Source of the DNA: an uncultured Flavobacterium sp.
GTDB lineage: Bacteria > Bacteroidota > Bacteroidia > Flavobacteriales > Flavobacteriaceae
Reading direction: 5' to 3'
NCBI GenBank assembly: GCA_965650235.1
Contig: CBFGNY010000003.1
Span: 4,520-68,519 of the forward strand
Length of the DNA stretch: 64,000 nucleotides
Shown here piece after piece: positions 54,989-64,000 of the stretch. How positions within the stretch are numbered: position 1 is the first letter of the stretch; each line of letters starts with the position of its first letter. The notes beneath the pieces were generated by a model. That model did no database searches. It saw only the letters and a list, made by a program, of their open reading frames with translations, and was not told where the DNA came from. The translations under genes were made by a program, and so were the position numbers.

Positions 54989-57457
54989 ATGAGTGTAAAC
55001 TTAAAAAGCCTTGTTTCGGTTCTTCATGCCGAATGGATTGGCTCAGACGAAGCAATTTTTATTGATCACATTTCGATAGATAGCCGTTCCCTGCAAAATG
55101 GTTCAAAAACCTTGTTTTTTGCATTGTCCGGTGTTAATAACGACGCACATTTTTATATTTCAGAATTGATAGAAAAAGGAGTGCAGAATTTTGCTGTCGA
55201 ATATATTCCTGAAAATTGCCATGGAAAAGCTAACTTTTTAGTTGTAAAATCAACTTTAGAAGCACTACAGCAATTTGCAGGTTATTACCGAAATCTTTTT
55301 GACTTTCCGATTATCGGATTGACGGGGAGTAATGGTAAAACAATCGTAAAAGAGTGGCTTAACTTTTTGCTGAGTCCTGATTATAATATTATCCGAAGCC
55401 CTAAAAGTTATAATTCTCAGGTTGGAGTACCGCTCTCGGTTATTGCAATTAATGAAAAACATAATTTAGGCATTTTTGAAGCCGGAATTTCGACGGTTAA
55501 TGAAATGGAAAAGCTCGAAAAAATCATAAGACCAACAATTGGAGTGCTCACGAATATTGGCTCTGCACACGATGAAGGCTTTTTGAATTTAGTACAGAAG
55601 ATTGATGAGAAACTGCTTTTGTTTAAAGAGTCTCCGGTAATTATTTATCAGAAAAATGAAACTGTTGATTCCTGCCTTTCCCAATTTGCTGCCGAATATT
55701 TGCTGCATCCGCGTAAACTTTTTTCATGGAGTTATACAGATGAATCAGCGGATGTTTTAATTCTGCAAAAAGAAAATATAAATGAAACAACCACGATTCA
55801 ATATCGATATGAAAAAGAAAATTACAATTTAAAAATACCATTTAGCGATTCTGCATCTGTAGAAAATGCTATTTCGTGTTTGTTGGTTTTGCTTTATTTT
55901 CAATATAATTCGGAAACAATTCAAAATCGTATGCAGGGATTGTATCCGGTAGAAATGCGATTGGAAGTCAAAAACGGAATTCAAAATTGCAGTATTATTG
56001 ATGACAGTTACAGTTCTGATTTTCAATCCCTCAAAATAGCTTTGGATTTTCTGGAAAGCCAGAAAAAGAATGCATCAAAGACCGTTATTTTGTCGGATAT
56101 TTTTCAAAGTGGATTTTCAAATGAAGAGTTATATTCTAAGGTTTCCCAGCTAATTGCCGATAATAAGATTAATCGTGTTATTGGAATTGGTACTACGATT
56201 TCAGCATTTAAAAATAAATTTTCGAATTGCATCACATATCAGAATACTGCCGAATTTATCAATGATTTTGACAACCTGAATTTTGCCAATGAAACGATTT
56301 TAATTAAGGGAGCAAGGTCATTTCAGTTTGAAGAAATTGTGACTTTATTAGAAGAGAAAACACATGAAACGATTCTCGAAATCAACCTGAATTCGATTAG
56401 CCATAATTTAAATTTCTTTAAATCTAAATTGGCTCATGATGTCAAAATCATGGTCATGGTAAAAGCTTTTGGTTATGGAAACGGCGGATTGGAAATTGCT
56501 AAATTGCTCGAACACCATAAAGTAGATTATTTAGGTGTGGCTTTCGCCGATGAAGGAATTTCGCTAAAAAATGGCGGCATTAAATTACCCATCATGGTTT
56601 TGAATCCGGAATCGACCAGTTTCTCATCAATTATTCAGTATCAGTTAGAGCCAGAAATCTATAGTTTAAAAGGACTAAATGCCTTTTTAAAAATTGCCCG
56701 TGAAAAGAATTTAAAAGATTTTCCGATCCACATCAAGCTCGATACAGGTATGCACCGTTTGGGCTTTGAAGAAAATACAATAGATGAATTGGTTGCTGCT
56801 TTAAAAGGAAATTCAACCGTTCGGATTCAAAGTATTTTATCGCACATGGCAACTAGTGATGACATGAATCATTATGAATTTGCGCTTTCGCAGATTCGGT
56901 TATTCGAAAAAATGTCTTCAAAATTAATGAATGAATTAGGCGTAAACCCAATTCGTCATATTCTGAATACTTCCGGAATCAGTAATTTTCCGGATGCACA
57001 ATTTAATATGGTGCGTTTGGGAATTGGTTTGTATGGTGTTTCCAATGATCTTTCGGAACAAAAGTATTTAGAAAATGTGGGGACACTGAAATCCATTATT
57101 TCTCAGGTCCGTACCATTCCGGCAGGCGACAGTGTTGGTTACGGACGCAGGTTTATGGCAGAAAAAGAAACTAAAATTGCTACCATTCCAATTGGGTATG
57201 CGGATGGTATTTCACGATTATGGGGCAATGAAGTAGGTTATGTTTTGATTAAAAATCAAAAAGCATCCATCGTAGGAAGTGTTTGCATGGATATGTTAAT
57301 GGTAAATGTAACCGAAATTGACTGTAAAGAAGGAGATTCGGTTATTATTTTTGGTGAAAGCCCAACAGTTACTGAAATGGCTGATGCTTTAAAAACGATT
57401 CCTTATGAAATTCTCACCAGTATTTCGCAAAGGGTAAAAAGGGTATTTTTTAGGTAG
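54989..57457 (+). CDS. alr: Bifunctional MurF-like ligase / alanine racemase
   Basis: ITGSNGKT-like LTGSNGKT, IDDSYSSD, MVKAFGYG (PLP Lys), HIKLDTGMHRLG and IGYADG. Confidence 0.95.
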   Translation: MSVNLKSLVSVLHAEWIGSDEAIFIDHISIDSRSLQNGSKTLFFALSGVNNDAHFYISELIEKGVQNFAVEYIPENCHGKANFLVVKSTLEALQQFAGYYRNLFDFPIIGLTGSNGKTIVKEWLNFLLSPDYNIIRSPKSYNSQVGVPLSVIAINEKHNLGIFEAGISTVNEMEKLEKIIRPTIGVLTNIGSAHDEGFLNLVQKIDEKLLLFKESPVIIYQKNETVDSCLSQFAAEYLLHPRKLFSWSYTDESADVLILQKENINETTTIQYRYEKENYNLKIPFSDSASVENAISCLLVLLYFQYNSETIQNRMQGLYPVEMRLEVKNGIQNCSIIDDSYSSDFQSLKIALDFLESQKKNASKTVILSDIFQSGFSNEELYSKVSQLIADNKINRVIGIGTTISAFKNKFSNCITYQNTAEFINDFDNLNFANETILIKGARSFQFEEIVTLLEEKTHETILEINLNSISHNLNFFKSKLAHDVKIMVMVKAFGYGNGGLEIAKLLEHHKVDYLGVAFADEGISLKNGGIKLPIMVLNPESTSFSSIIQYQLEPEIYSLKGLNAFLKIAREKNLKDFPIHIKLDTGMHRLGFEENTIDELVAALKGNSTVRIQSILSHMATSDDMNHYEFALSQIRLFEKMSSKLMNELGVNPIRHILNTSGISNFPDAQFNMVRLGIGLYGVSNDLSEQKYLENVGTLKSIISQVRTIPAGDSVGYGRRFMAEKETKIATIPIGYADGISRLWGNEVGYVLIKNQKASIVGSVCMDMLMVNVTEIDCKEGDSVIIFGESPTVTEMADALKTIPYEILTSISQRVKRVFFR

Positions 57458-57525
57458 AATTAAGAATTTTAAAGAAAATTACGTATTTTCGATATTCATT
57501 TATTTAAAAACTAAACAAATCAGAT

Positions 57526-57909
57526 ATGGGATTTTTTTCAGAATTTAAGGCATTTGCAATGAAAGGCAATGTAGTTGACCTTGCTGTTGCTGTAATTATT
57601 GGAGCTGCTTTTGGTAAGATTGTAAGTTCATTTATAGAAGACGTGATTACACCTTTAGTATTAAAACCAGCTCTAGAAGCGGCACATTTAGAAAAAATTC
57701 AGGATCTTACGGCCTTTGGTGGGGTAAAATACGGAATGTTTCTTTCGGCAGTAATTAATTTTATGATTGTAGCTTTTGTTTTGTTCTTGATTATTAAAGG
57801 ATTAAACAATCTTAAAAAGAAAGAAGAGCCAGCACCTAATCAGCCAGCAGCGCCAACACAGGAAGAACTTCTTACCCAAATTAGAGATCTTTTAAAAAAT
57901 AAACAATAA
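57526..57909 (+). CDS. mscL: Large-conductance mechanosensitive channel
   Basis: EFKAFAMKGNVVDLAVAVIIGAAFGKIV and LLTQIRDLL. Confidence 0.97.
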   Translation: MGFFSEFKAFAMKGNVVDLAVAVIIGAAFGKIVSSFIEDVITPLVLKPALEAAHLEKIQDLTAFGGVKYGMFLSAVINFMIVAFVLFLIIKGLNNLKKKEEPAPNQPAAPTQEELLTQIRDLLKNKQ

Positions 57910-57941
57910 AATACAATATACCGCTACACTAAGTCTAACTT

Positions 57942-57967
57942 AACCGCTCTTAATTGGGCGGTTTTTT
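57942..57967 (+). terminator. Terminator of mscL
   Basis: aaccgctc-ttaatt-gggcggtt plus T tract. Confidence 0.75.
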
Positions 57968-58012
57968 TATTTTGTTTAATTTGTAACAATTTGTTATTTT
58001 TTGTGAATCGAA

Positions 58013-58042
58013 TTGTAATCGTCTTTATTATACTTACTTTTG
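58013..58042 (+). promoter_or_regulatory. Canonical Bacteroidota promoter of asd (TTG-N19-TAnnTTTG)
   Basis: TTG at 58013-58015, 19-nt spacer, TACTTTTG at 58035-58042. Confidence 0.8.
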
Positions 58043-58081
58043 CAGTCTAAAGTAGAAATATTCATAATTAAAAATATAAAA

Positions 58082-59071
58082 ATGAGAATAGCGGTTGTAG
58101 GCGCCACCGGTATGGTTGGCGAGATAATGTTAAAAGTTTTAGCAGAGAGAAATTTTCCAGTTACAGAATTAATTCCGGTTGCTTCAGAGAAATCTGTAGG
58201 TAAAGAAATAGAATATAAAGGTCAAAAATATAAAGTTGTTGGTTTGCAGACTGCTGTTGATATGAAAGCAGATATTGCAGTTTTTTCTGCGGGAGGAGAT
58301 ACTTCTTTAGAATGGGCACCAAAATTTGCTGAAGCCGGCACAACTGTTATTGATAATTCTTCTGCATGGAGAATGGATCCAACAAAAAAATTAGTAGTTC
58401 CTGAAATCAATGCAGATACTTTAACTAAAGAAGATAAAATTATTGCAAACCCTAACTGTTCTACTATTCAGATGGTATTGGCATTAGCACCTTTACATAG
58501 AAAATACAACATCAAAAGAATCATTGTTTCAACTTACCAATCTATTACCGGAACGGGTGTAAAAGCGGTTAGACAGTTAGAAAATGAATATGCAGGGGTG
58601 CAAGGTGATATGGCATACAAATACCCAATTCACAGAAATGCAATTCCTCATTGCGACAGTTTTGAAGAAAACGGATACACTAAGGAAGAAATGAAATTAG
58701 TTCGTGAAACTCAAAAAATCCTGAATGACAATACGATCAGAGTTACGGCTACTGCAGTTCGTGTACCTGTTGTTGGCGGACACAGTGAAGCTGTAAATGT
58801 TGAGTTTACAAATGATTTTGAAGTGAATGAAGTTCGCGAAATATTACATAATACTGATGGAGTAGTGGTTCAGGATAATTTAGATACGTTCACATACCCA
58901 ATGCCACTTTATGCTGAAGGTAAAAATGATGTATTTGTTGGGAGAATCCGTCGTGATGAAAGCCAACCAAATACATTAAACATGTGGATTGTTGCTGATA
59001 ACTTAAGAAAAGGTGCAGCTACAAACACAATCCAAATTGCTGAATATTTAATTTCAGCCGGTTTGGTATAA
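58082..59071 (+). CDS. asd: Aspartate-semialdehyde dehydrogenase
   Basis: AVVGATGMVG, IANPNCSTIQ, STYQSITGTG, RVPVVGGHSE and ADNLRKGAA. ATG 58082. Confidence 0.97.
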   Translation: MRIAVVGATGMVGEIMLKVLAERNFPVTELIPVASEKSVGKEIEYKGQKYKVVGLQTAVDMKADIAVFSAGGDTSLEWAPKFAEAGTTVIDNSSAWRMDPTKKLVVPEINADTLTKEDKIIANPNCSTIQMVLALAPLHRKYNIKRIIVSTYQSITGTGVKAVRQLENEYAGVQGDMAYKYPIHRNAIPHCDSFEENGYTKEEMKLVRETQKILNDNTIRVTATAVRVPVVGGHSEAVNVEFTNDFEVNEVREILHNTDGVVVQDNLDTFTYPMPLYAEGKNDVFVGRIRRDESQPNTLNMWIVADNLRKGAATNTIQIAEYLISAGLV

Positions 59072-59101
59072 TAAACTGAGGTTACAAAAATTGTTATAAT
59101 G

Positions 59102-59138
59102 AAAAACCGTAATTACGAAAAGTGATTACGGTTTTTTT
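59102..59138 (+). terminator. Terminator of asd
   Basis: aaaaaccgtaatt / tgattacggttttt hairpin with T tract. Confidence 0.8.
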
Positions 59139-59196
59139 AGTTGAAAAGTATATATAACTTTTTTTCAATTTATAAAATATAAAATCAAATTGATTT

Positions 59197-59739
59197 ATGA
59201 AACAGATTAAAAATTTATACGAGTATATTGATTTAATGAAGACAAGAATAATGATGACTGTTGGAGAAAGATCACTTTCAGCATTATACTTTCATGTAAA
59301 AGGTTATGAAGTTGGTAATAAAGAAGATGAAAAATTAGAACCCCCATTTCATTTATTTCATGATTTTGTTGCAAATTATTATTTACGTTTTGAATCTACA
59401 GCTGGCTGGAGAAATATAATATTAGCAGAAAATTATGGTAATGAAGAACGAGCTTTAGAAACTTTTTTTGTTCTATTTGATGATTTTCGAAAAAATGTTC
59501 AACAAACAAATTCTAAAAAAAAATTGCTTGATTTTCTTGAAAAAGTAATTTTGAATGAAAATAATTTTTTAGAAAATTTGATAAAAGAAATGAGTGTTGA
59601 AGATTATAATAAATTGAAGCTATTATTAAATAAAATTGCATCGGTGGAGTTTTCGTCTGACTATGATGAGATTCTTGATGAAATTAAAATTTTAACTATT
59701 AACTCTAAAATGATCCAGGATTGTTTGTTTTTGAAGTAA
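59197..59739 (+). CDS. Hypothetical cytoplasmic protein
   Basis: 180-aa ATG ORF filling the gap between two terminators; motifs FHDFVANYY, ESTAGWRNIIL and ALETFFVLFDDF. Confidence 0.65.
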   Translation: MKQIKNLYEYIDLMKTRIMMTVGERSLSALYFHVKGYEVGNKEDEKLEPPFHLFHDFVANYYLRFESTAGWRNIILAENYGNEERALETFFVLFDDFRKNVQQTNSKKKLLDFLEKVILNENNFLENLIKEMSVEDYNKLKLLLNKIASVEFSSDYDEILDEIKILTINSKMIQDCLFLK

Positions 59740-59761
59740 TGTAAAATGGTGGAATTAAAAT

Positions 59762-59800
59762 AAACAAGCGAGAATCTTTATAAGAGAATCTCGCTTGTTT
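59762..59800. terminator. Bidirectional terminator
   Basis: aaacaagcgaga / tctcgcttgttt, 12-bp stem between convergent genes. Confidence 0.8.
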
Positions 59801-59806
59801 TTATAT

Positions 59807-60124
59807 TTAATATTCCGGAGCCAGTTCAAGCTCTAAACCTTCTAATTCTGTAGTAATTGGAATCTGGCAACCTAAACGGCTGTTAGACTTAACATAAAAC
59901 GCTTCCGAAAGCATGGCTTCTTCTTCATCTCCCATTTCTGGTAATGCAACATCATTTAGAACATAACACTGACAGGAAGCACACATGGCCATTCCGCCAC
60001 AAGTTCCTTCAACAGGAAGTTCGTATGCTTTGCATAACTCCATTATATTCATTGCCATATCAGTTGGAGCCTGTAATTCGTGTATAACTCCTTCTCGATC
60101 TTTAATCTTTATTAATACATCCAT
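59807..60124 (-). CDS. fdx: 2Fe-2S ferredoxin (adrenodoxin type)
   Basis: CGGMAMCASCQC and SRLGCQI. Confidence 0.95.
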   Translation of the reverse strand: MDVLIKIKDREGVIHELQAPTDMAMNIMELCKAYELPVEGTCGGMAMCASCQCYVLNDVALPEMGDEEEAMLSEAFYVKSNSRLGCQIPITTELEGLELELAPEY

Positions 60125-60189
60125 TTTAAATTATTGGAATTTTACTTACTTAGTATTTTAATAAACGTTAATAAATACTAAATATTTTA

Positions 60190-60675
60190 TTAACTATTTG
60201 GTTTTAAGCTAAATGCGTATTCTCTTCTATTACTGTCCTTAAGATGCATTTTTGCACCTAATATACTACCGCCTTTTTCTAATAATGTAACTATAGCAAT
60301 TACGGAATAATAATCCTTATCCAATTGAAAAATCAACGTCCCTTCATAAGTTGAATTTACAATTCCTTGTTTATCTGTCGAAGCTGATATTTTTCTTGGA
60401 TGCGAAAACTCTGCTGTATTGTAAGCAGCTTTATTTGAAAAGTTTGCTTTGCCTTGGCAAAAGTCATACAAAAAATCATAATTTCCTATTCTAAGGCTCC
60501 CTTCTTCATTGTTACCGCTTATTACAAATACAATTTTCCCGGAATAATTATAATCTGACCATTCTTCTGAATCATTAAGCCAGGCTTTGGCAACAATTAA
60601 TGTTTCTGTACTTCTTTGAGCATAATTTATACTTACTGACAACAATAATAAAAACAGTATGTAATATTTTTTCAT
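60190..60675 (-). CDS. Hypothetical exported protein
   Basis: Signal peptide MKKYYILFLLLLSVSINYA followed by a beta-rich mature region. Confidence 0.65.
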   Translation of the reverse strand: MKKYYILFLLLLSVSINYAQRSTETLIVAKAWLNDSEEWSDYNYSGKIVFVISGNNEEGSLRIGNYDFLYDFCQGKANFSNKAAYNTAEFSHPRKISASTDKQGIVNSTYEGTLIFQLDKDYYSVIAIVTLLEKGGSILGAKMHLKDSNRREYAFSLKPNS

Positions 60676-60885
60676 GATTCTTGATTTAAGGATGTTACAA
60701 ATTTAAGTTAATATGTAACAGTTTTCTTAATAGAATGTCTTAAATCTTTATGTTGTTTTTTATTGAAATCGTAAAAAAATAAATGTTTTCGTTGCTTTCT
60801 TTTAAAAATTACAGCAAATTAGTTCAAAAGTCTATTATTCTTGTTAATTTTATTAACCTTAAAAAGAGAATAATAGTACTTTTTG

Positions 60886-61125
60886 TTACATAATATTTAC
60901 CACAGTTTCTATTTGCGGTGCATATTTTTTAATGGTTGTTTCAACACCTGCTTTTAAGGTCATCTGATTTACGCTGCAGCTAATGCATGCACCTTCAAGA
61001 CGAACTTTTACATGTTTGTCGTCTTCTATTGAAATCAGCGTAATGTCTCCTCCATCAGAATTCAAAAAAGGCCTGATTTCATCAAGAGCCAGTAATACGT
61101 TGCTTGTTAATTCTTCTGTTGTCAT
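60886..61125 (-). CDS. NifU/NfuA-family Fe-S carrier domain protein
   Basis: IRPFLNSDGGDI, RLEGACISC and TLKAGVE. Confidence 0.93.
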   Translation of the reverse strand: MTTEELTSNVLLALDEIRPFLNSDGGDITLISIEDDKHVKVRLEGACISCSVNQMTLKAGVETTIKKYAPQIETVVNIM

Positions 61126-61151
61126 AATTTTTATCAGTTAGAAAATGTGTC

Positions 61152-61215
61152 AATTAGATAATTAGAAAATTTACTTTGAGTGAAATTATCTAATTATCTA
61201 ATTTTCAAATTATCT
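61152..61215. repeat. Inverted octamer array between mrp and the NifU-type gene
   Basis: AATTAGAT AATTAGAA opposite AATTATCT AATTATCT AATTTTCA AATTATCT. Confidence 0.6.
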
Positions 61216-61236
61216 CATTAGTCTTATCTCAGTTAT

Positions 61237-62367
61237 CTAATTTTTCTTTACTGCTGAACAACCAGCCATTGTTGTAATTTTTACGGCTTCTGTTGCAGGC
61301 AAACTCTCGTTTCTGTTTACTACTTCCTGAACTACGTTTCGGGTAATTTCTTCAAATACAGTTTCAATTGGCGAAGCTGTTTGTAAAGCTGCAGGACGAC
61401 CATAATCTCCTGCCTCACGAATAGATTGTACAATTGGAACTTCTCCTAAAAATGGAACATCCAGGTCTGCAGCCAGGTTTTTTGCTCCTTCCTGTCCAAA
61501 AATATAATATTTATTATCAGGTAATTCTTCTGGTGTAAAGTACGCCATGTTTTCGATAATTCCCAAAACAGGTACATTAATATTGTCCTGCATAAACATG
61601 GAAACTCCTTTTTTAGCATCTGCAAGTGCTACAGCCTGAGGTGTACTTACTACAACTGCTCCGGTTATTGGCAATGACTGCATGATCGAAAGATGGATGT
61701 CTCCAGTTCCCGGAGGCAGGTCAATAAGCATGAAATCTAATTCTCCCCAATCTGCATCAAAAATCATTTGGTTCAAAGCTTTAGCAGCCATTGGACCTCT
61801 CCATATTACAGCCTGACTTGGTGCTGTGAAAAAGCCAATGGAAAGCATTTTAATCTCGTAGCTTTCAACGGGTTTCATTTTAGACTTTCCGTCAACGGTA
61901 ATCGAAATTGGTTTTTCATTTTCAACATCAAACATAATTGGCATTGATGGGCCATAAATATCGGCATCAAGAACACCAACTGCGAATCCCATTTTTGCCA
62001 GTGTTACTGCTAAATTTGCTGTAACTGTAGATTTTCCAACACCGCCTTTTCCTGAAGCTACGGCAATAATATTTTTTATTCCCGGAATAGCACGACCTTT
62101 AATTTCGTTTTTCTCCGGAGTTTCTACTTTAATATTTACTTTAATTTTTGCTTCCGGCGATACCAATTCATGAATTGTTTTTTTGATATCATCTTCAGCT
62201 CTTTTTTTTATATGCATGGCTGGCGTATGAAGCACCAGGTCAACAACCACTTCATCACCAAAAGTAATTACATTGGCAACAGCACCGCTTTCTACCATAT
62301 TTTTTCCTTCTCCGGCTATAGTTATCGTTTCTAAAGCTTTAAGAATTTCTTTTCTATCTAATTTCAT
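61237..62367 (-). CDS. mrp: Mrp/NBP35 (ApbC) Fe-S cluster carrier ATPase
   Basis: ASGKGGVGKST, LDADIYGPS, IWRGPM, DLPPGTGD, STPQ and GIIENM. TATCTTTG box on the minus strand at 62439-62446. Confidence 0.95.
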   Translation of the reverse strand: MKLDRKEILKALETITIAGEGKNMVESGAVANVITFGDEVVVDLVLHTPAMHIKKRAEDDIKKTIHELVSPEAKIKVNIKVETPEKNEIKGRAIPGIKNIIAVASGKGGVGKSTVTANLAVTLAKMGFAVGVLDADIYGPSMPIMFDVENEKPISITVDGKSKMKPVESYEIKMLSIGFFTAPSQAVIWRGPMAAKALNQMIFDADWGELDFMLIDLPPGTGDIHLSIMQSLPITGAVVVSTPQAVALADAKKGVSMFMQDNINVPVLGIIENMAYFTPEELPDNKYYIFGQEGAKNLAADLDVPFLGEVPIVQSIREAGDYGRPAALQTASPIETVFEEITRNVVQEVVNRNESLPATEAVKITTMAGCSAVKKN

Positions 62368-62522
62368 TTTGATATTGTATTTTTCTAATGATTGAAATTT
62401 ATTTAAAAAAGATATTTATTTAAACCAATTTCAGATTGCAAAGATAACAGATTATGTTCGGATTATTATTGTTTTGAATTGTATTTGTTGATGGTTGGAT
62501 TGAGTAAATAAATTTAAAAAGG

Positions 62523-62551
62523 AAACCCGGCAAAACAAATCTGCCGGGTTT
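62523..62551 (-). terminator. Terminator of the ABC permease gene
   Basis: aaacccggca / tgccgggttt stem. Confidence 0.75.
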
Positions 62552-62570
62552 TAAAAGTGATTGGACTTAT

Positions 62571-64000
62571 TTATTCGTATTTTAAATACTTTAGAATATC
62601 AATTTTGGTTACCTGATACGCTTTTGCTAAAACAATTATCAATGTTAACAGCAATAGGGATACAAGAGATATACTAAAAGGTATAATTGAAATATCAATT
62701 CTGAAAGCAAAATCTTCAAGCCATTTTTGCAATAAAATATAAGCCGGAACAATTCCAATTAAGAATCCCATTAAGCAAAAAATGATATATTGTTTCGATA
62801 ATTCTTTAAGTAAAATATTCGTTTCGGCGCCTAATGTTTTTCTGATAGCGATTTCTTTTAATCGTCTTTCCATTGAGAACGAAGCCAAAGCAAATAATCC
62901 GAAAATGGCAATTACAATAACCACAAGATTTAAAATGAAAAATAAGTTTTTTTGTTTCACTTGTTCCTGATAAGTTTTGGCAAAACCTTTATTTACAAAT
63001 TCATAGTCAAATGGATAATCGGGGTTTACATTTTTCTCCCAGTAAGTTTTTAATTTAGCCAAAGTTTCGCTTAAATTATTTGGAGAAACTTTTACAAATA
63101 CATTTTGAAAGTTATTCCATTTTAATGTTTTAAGATTGACAAAAACCATTGGAGGAACTTCGTCCTGAAGCCCGGTAATGTGAAAATCTTTTACAACTCC
63201 TACGACTTTAAATTTTAAATTTTCTCCACCTTCTTCTCCAAAACCAGATGTAATAATTGTATTTATGGGGTTTTTAAGATTTAAAGTTTTAATCAGAGTT
63301 TCATTCATTAGCATATTACTAACAGTATCCGAAGCAAATTTAGGAGACAAGTCGCGTCCCTGGACAATTTTGATTTTCATCATTTCAAGAAAACCAAAAT
63401 CCATTTCAACATTTCTTGGCTGTACCACAATACCATTATGTGTAAATCCGGAACTCGAGTTGGTACTGTTTCCAAAACTTCCTGCAAAAGTAGAAACTTC
63501 CTGAACCCCTGTAATTTTCCTGATTTCCTGTTTCATAGTCAGGTATTGATCGGTTCTTTTTTTGTGTTCTGAAGTATTAAAAGGCACTCTTATTACCTGA
63601 TCGCCATTAAATCCAAGTTCTTTGTTCATCATGTAATCTACCTGAGAATTTACAATTAGCGCACCGATGATAAAAAATGCTGCAATTCCGAACTGAAAAA
63701 TAAGCATCGAATTCCGAATCCAGATTCCACTTTTACTTCGTGAAAAATTGCCTTTTAAAACTTTTAAAGTCTCAAAATTTGAGATATAAATGGCAGGGAA
63801 AATACCGGCAAGAATGATTACTAATCCAAATATAAAAATGAGCTGCAGGTAAAATTCACTACCATTCATGGTGAGTGTTTTCTTCAAAAAGGTGTTGTAA
63901 TAAGGCAAAGAAAGTTCAACAATTGCCAAAGCAAAAATGATAGCCAGAATAACTATTATGGCAGTTTCAAAGATAAATTGAGCTATAATCTGCCCTTTTG
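62571..64000 (-). CDS. MacB/FtsX-family ABC transporter permease, 5' part outside window
   Basis: Frame is open to the window edge. LIFQF, KELGFN, GVVKDFH and RLKEIAIRKTLGA motifs with several TM helices. Confidence 0.92.
   Translation of the reverse strand, partial: KGQIIAQFIFETAIIVILAIIFALAIVELSLPYYNTFLKKTLTMNGSEFYLQLIFIFGLVIILAGIFPAIYISNFETLKVLKGNFSRSKSGIWIRNSMLIFQFGIAAFFIIGALIVNSQVDYMMNKELGFNGDQVIRVPFNTSEHKKRTDQYLTMKQEIRKITGVQEVSTFAGSFGNSTNSSSGFTHNGIVVQPRNVEMDFGFLEMMKIKIVQGRDLSPKFASDTVSNMLMNETLIKTLNLKNPINTIITSGFGEEGGENLKFKVVGVVKDFHITGLQDEVPPMVFVNLKTLKWNNFQNVFVKVSPNNLSETLAKLKTYWEKNVNPDYPFDYEFVNKGFAKTYQEQVKQKNLFFILNLVVIVIAIFGLFALASFSMERRLKEIAIRKTLGAETNILLKELSKQYIIFCLMGFLIGIVPAYILLQKWLEDFAFRIDISIIPFSISLVSLLLLTLIIVLAKAYQVTKIDILKYLKYE

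Noticed and set aside
54989-57457. MurF-like/alanine racemase fusion as a novelty
   Set aside because: This fusion is the standard form in Bacteroidota.

Overview
AT-rich Bacteroidota chromosome segment, most consistent with Flavobacterium (gene content, TAnnTTTG promoter boxes, intergenic REP-like repeats). The housekeeping backbone is tatD, an acyltransferase, ansA, gcdH, trmN6-rimM-rpsP, leuC-leuD-cimA-leuB, dnaE, alr, mscL, asd, fdx, a NifU-type gene and mrp. Two accessory regions interrupt it. (1) About 18 kb of layered cargo follows tRNA-Ser(GGA): a decayed small gene, then a tightly coupled four-gene operon (C5 DNA methyltransferase, MORC/GHKL-ATPase fused to a histidine kinase, receiver-domain protein with a large unknown C-terminus, HNH nuclease), then a GH30-GH30-SusD-SusC locus with its regulator, bracketed by a diverged duplicate of the 3' end of an SGNH hydrolase gene. 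The four-gene operon is the best candidate for a poorly characterised, phosphorelay-linked restriction/anti-phage system. (2) A grasp-with-SPASM RiPP cluster has an intact precursor and maturases, an unannotated 55-aa coupled ORF, and an exporter collapsed into a C39/HlyD fusion pseudogene. Smaller points: a four-helix-bundle gene flanked by heptamer direct repeats inside the leu operon, and a His/Cys-rich RGPP-ending ORF upstream of a TonB receptor. No integrase, transposase, rRNA or CRISPR array was seen. All family assignments come from motif recognition by eye; no database search was run.
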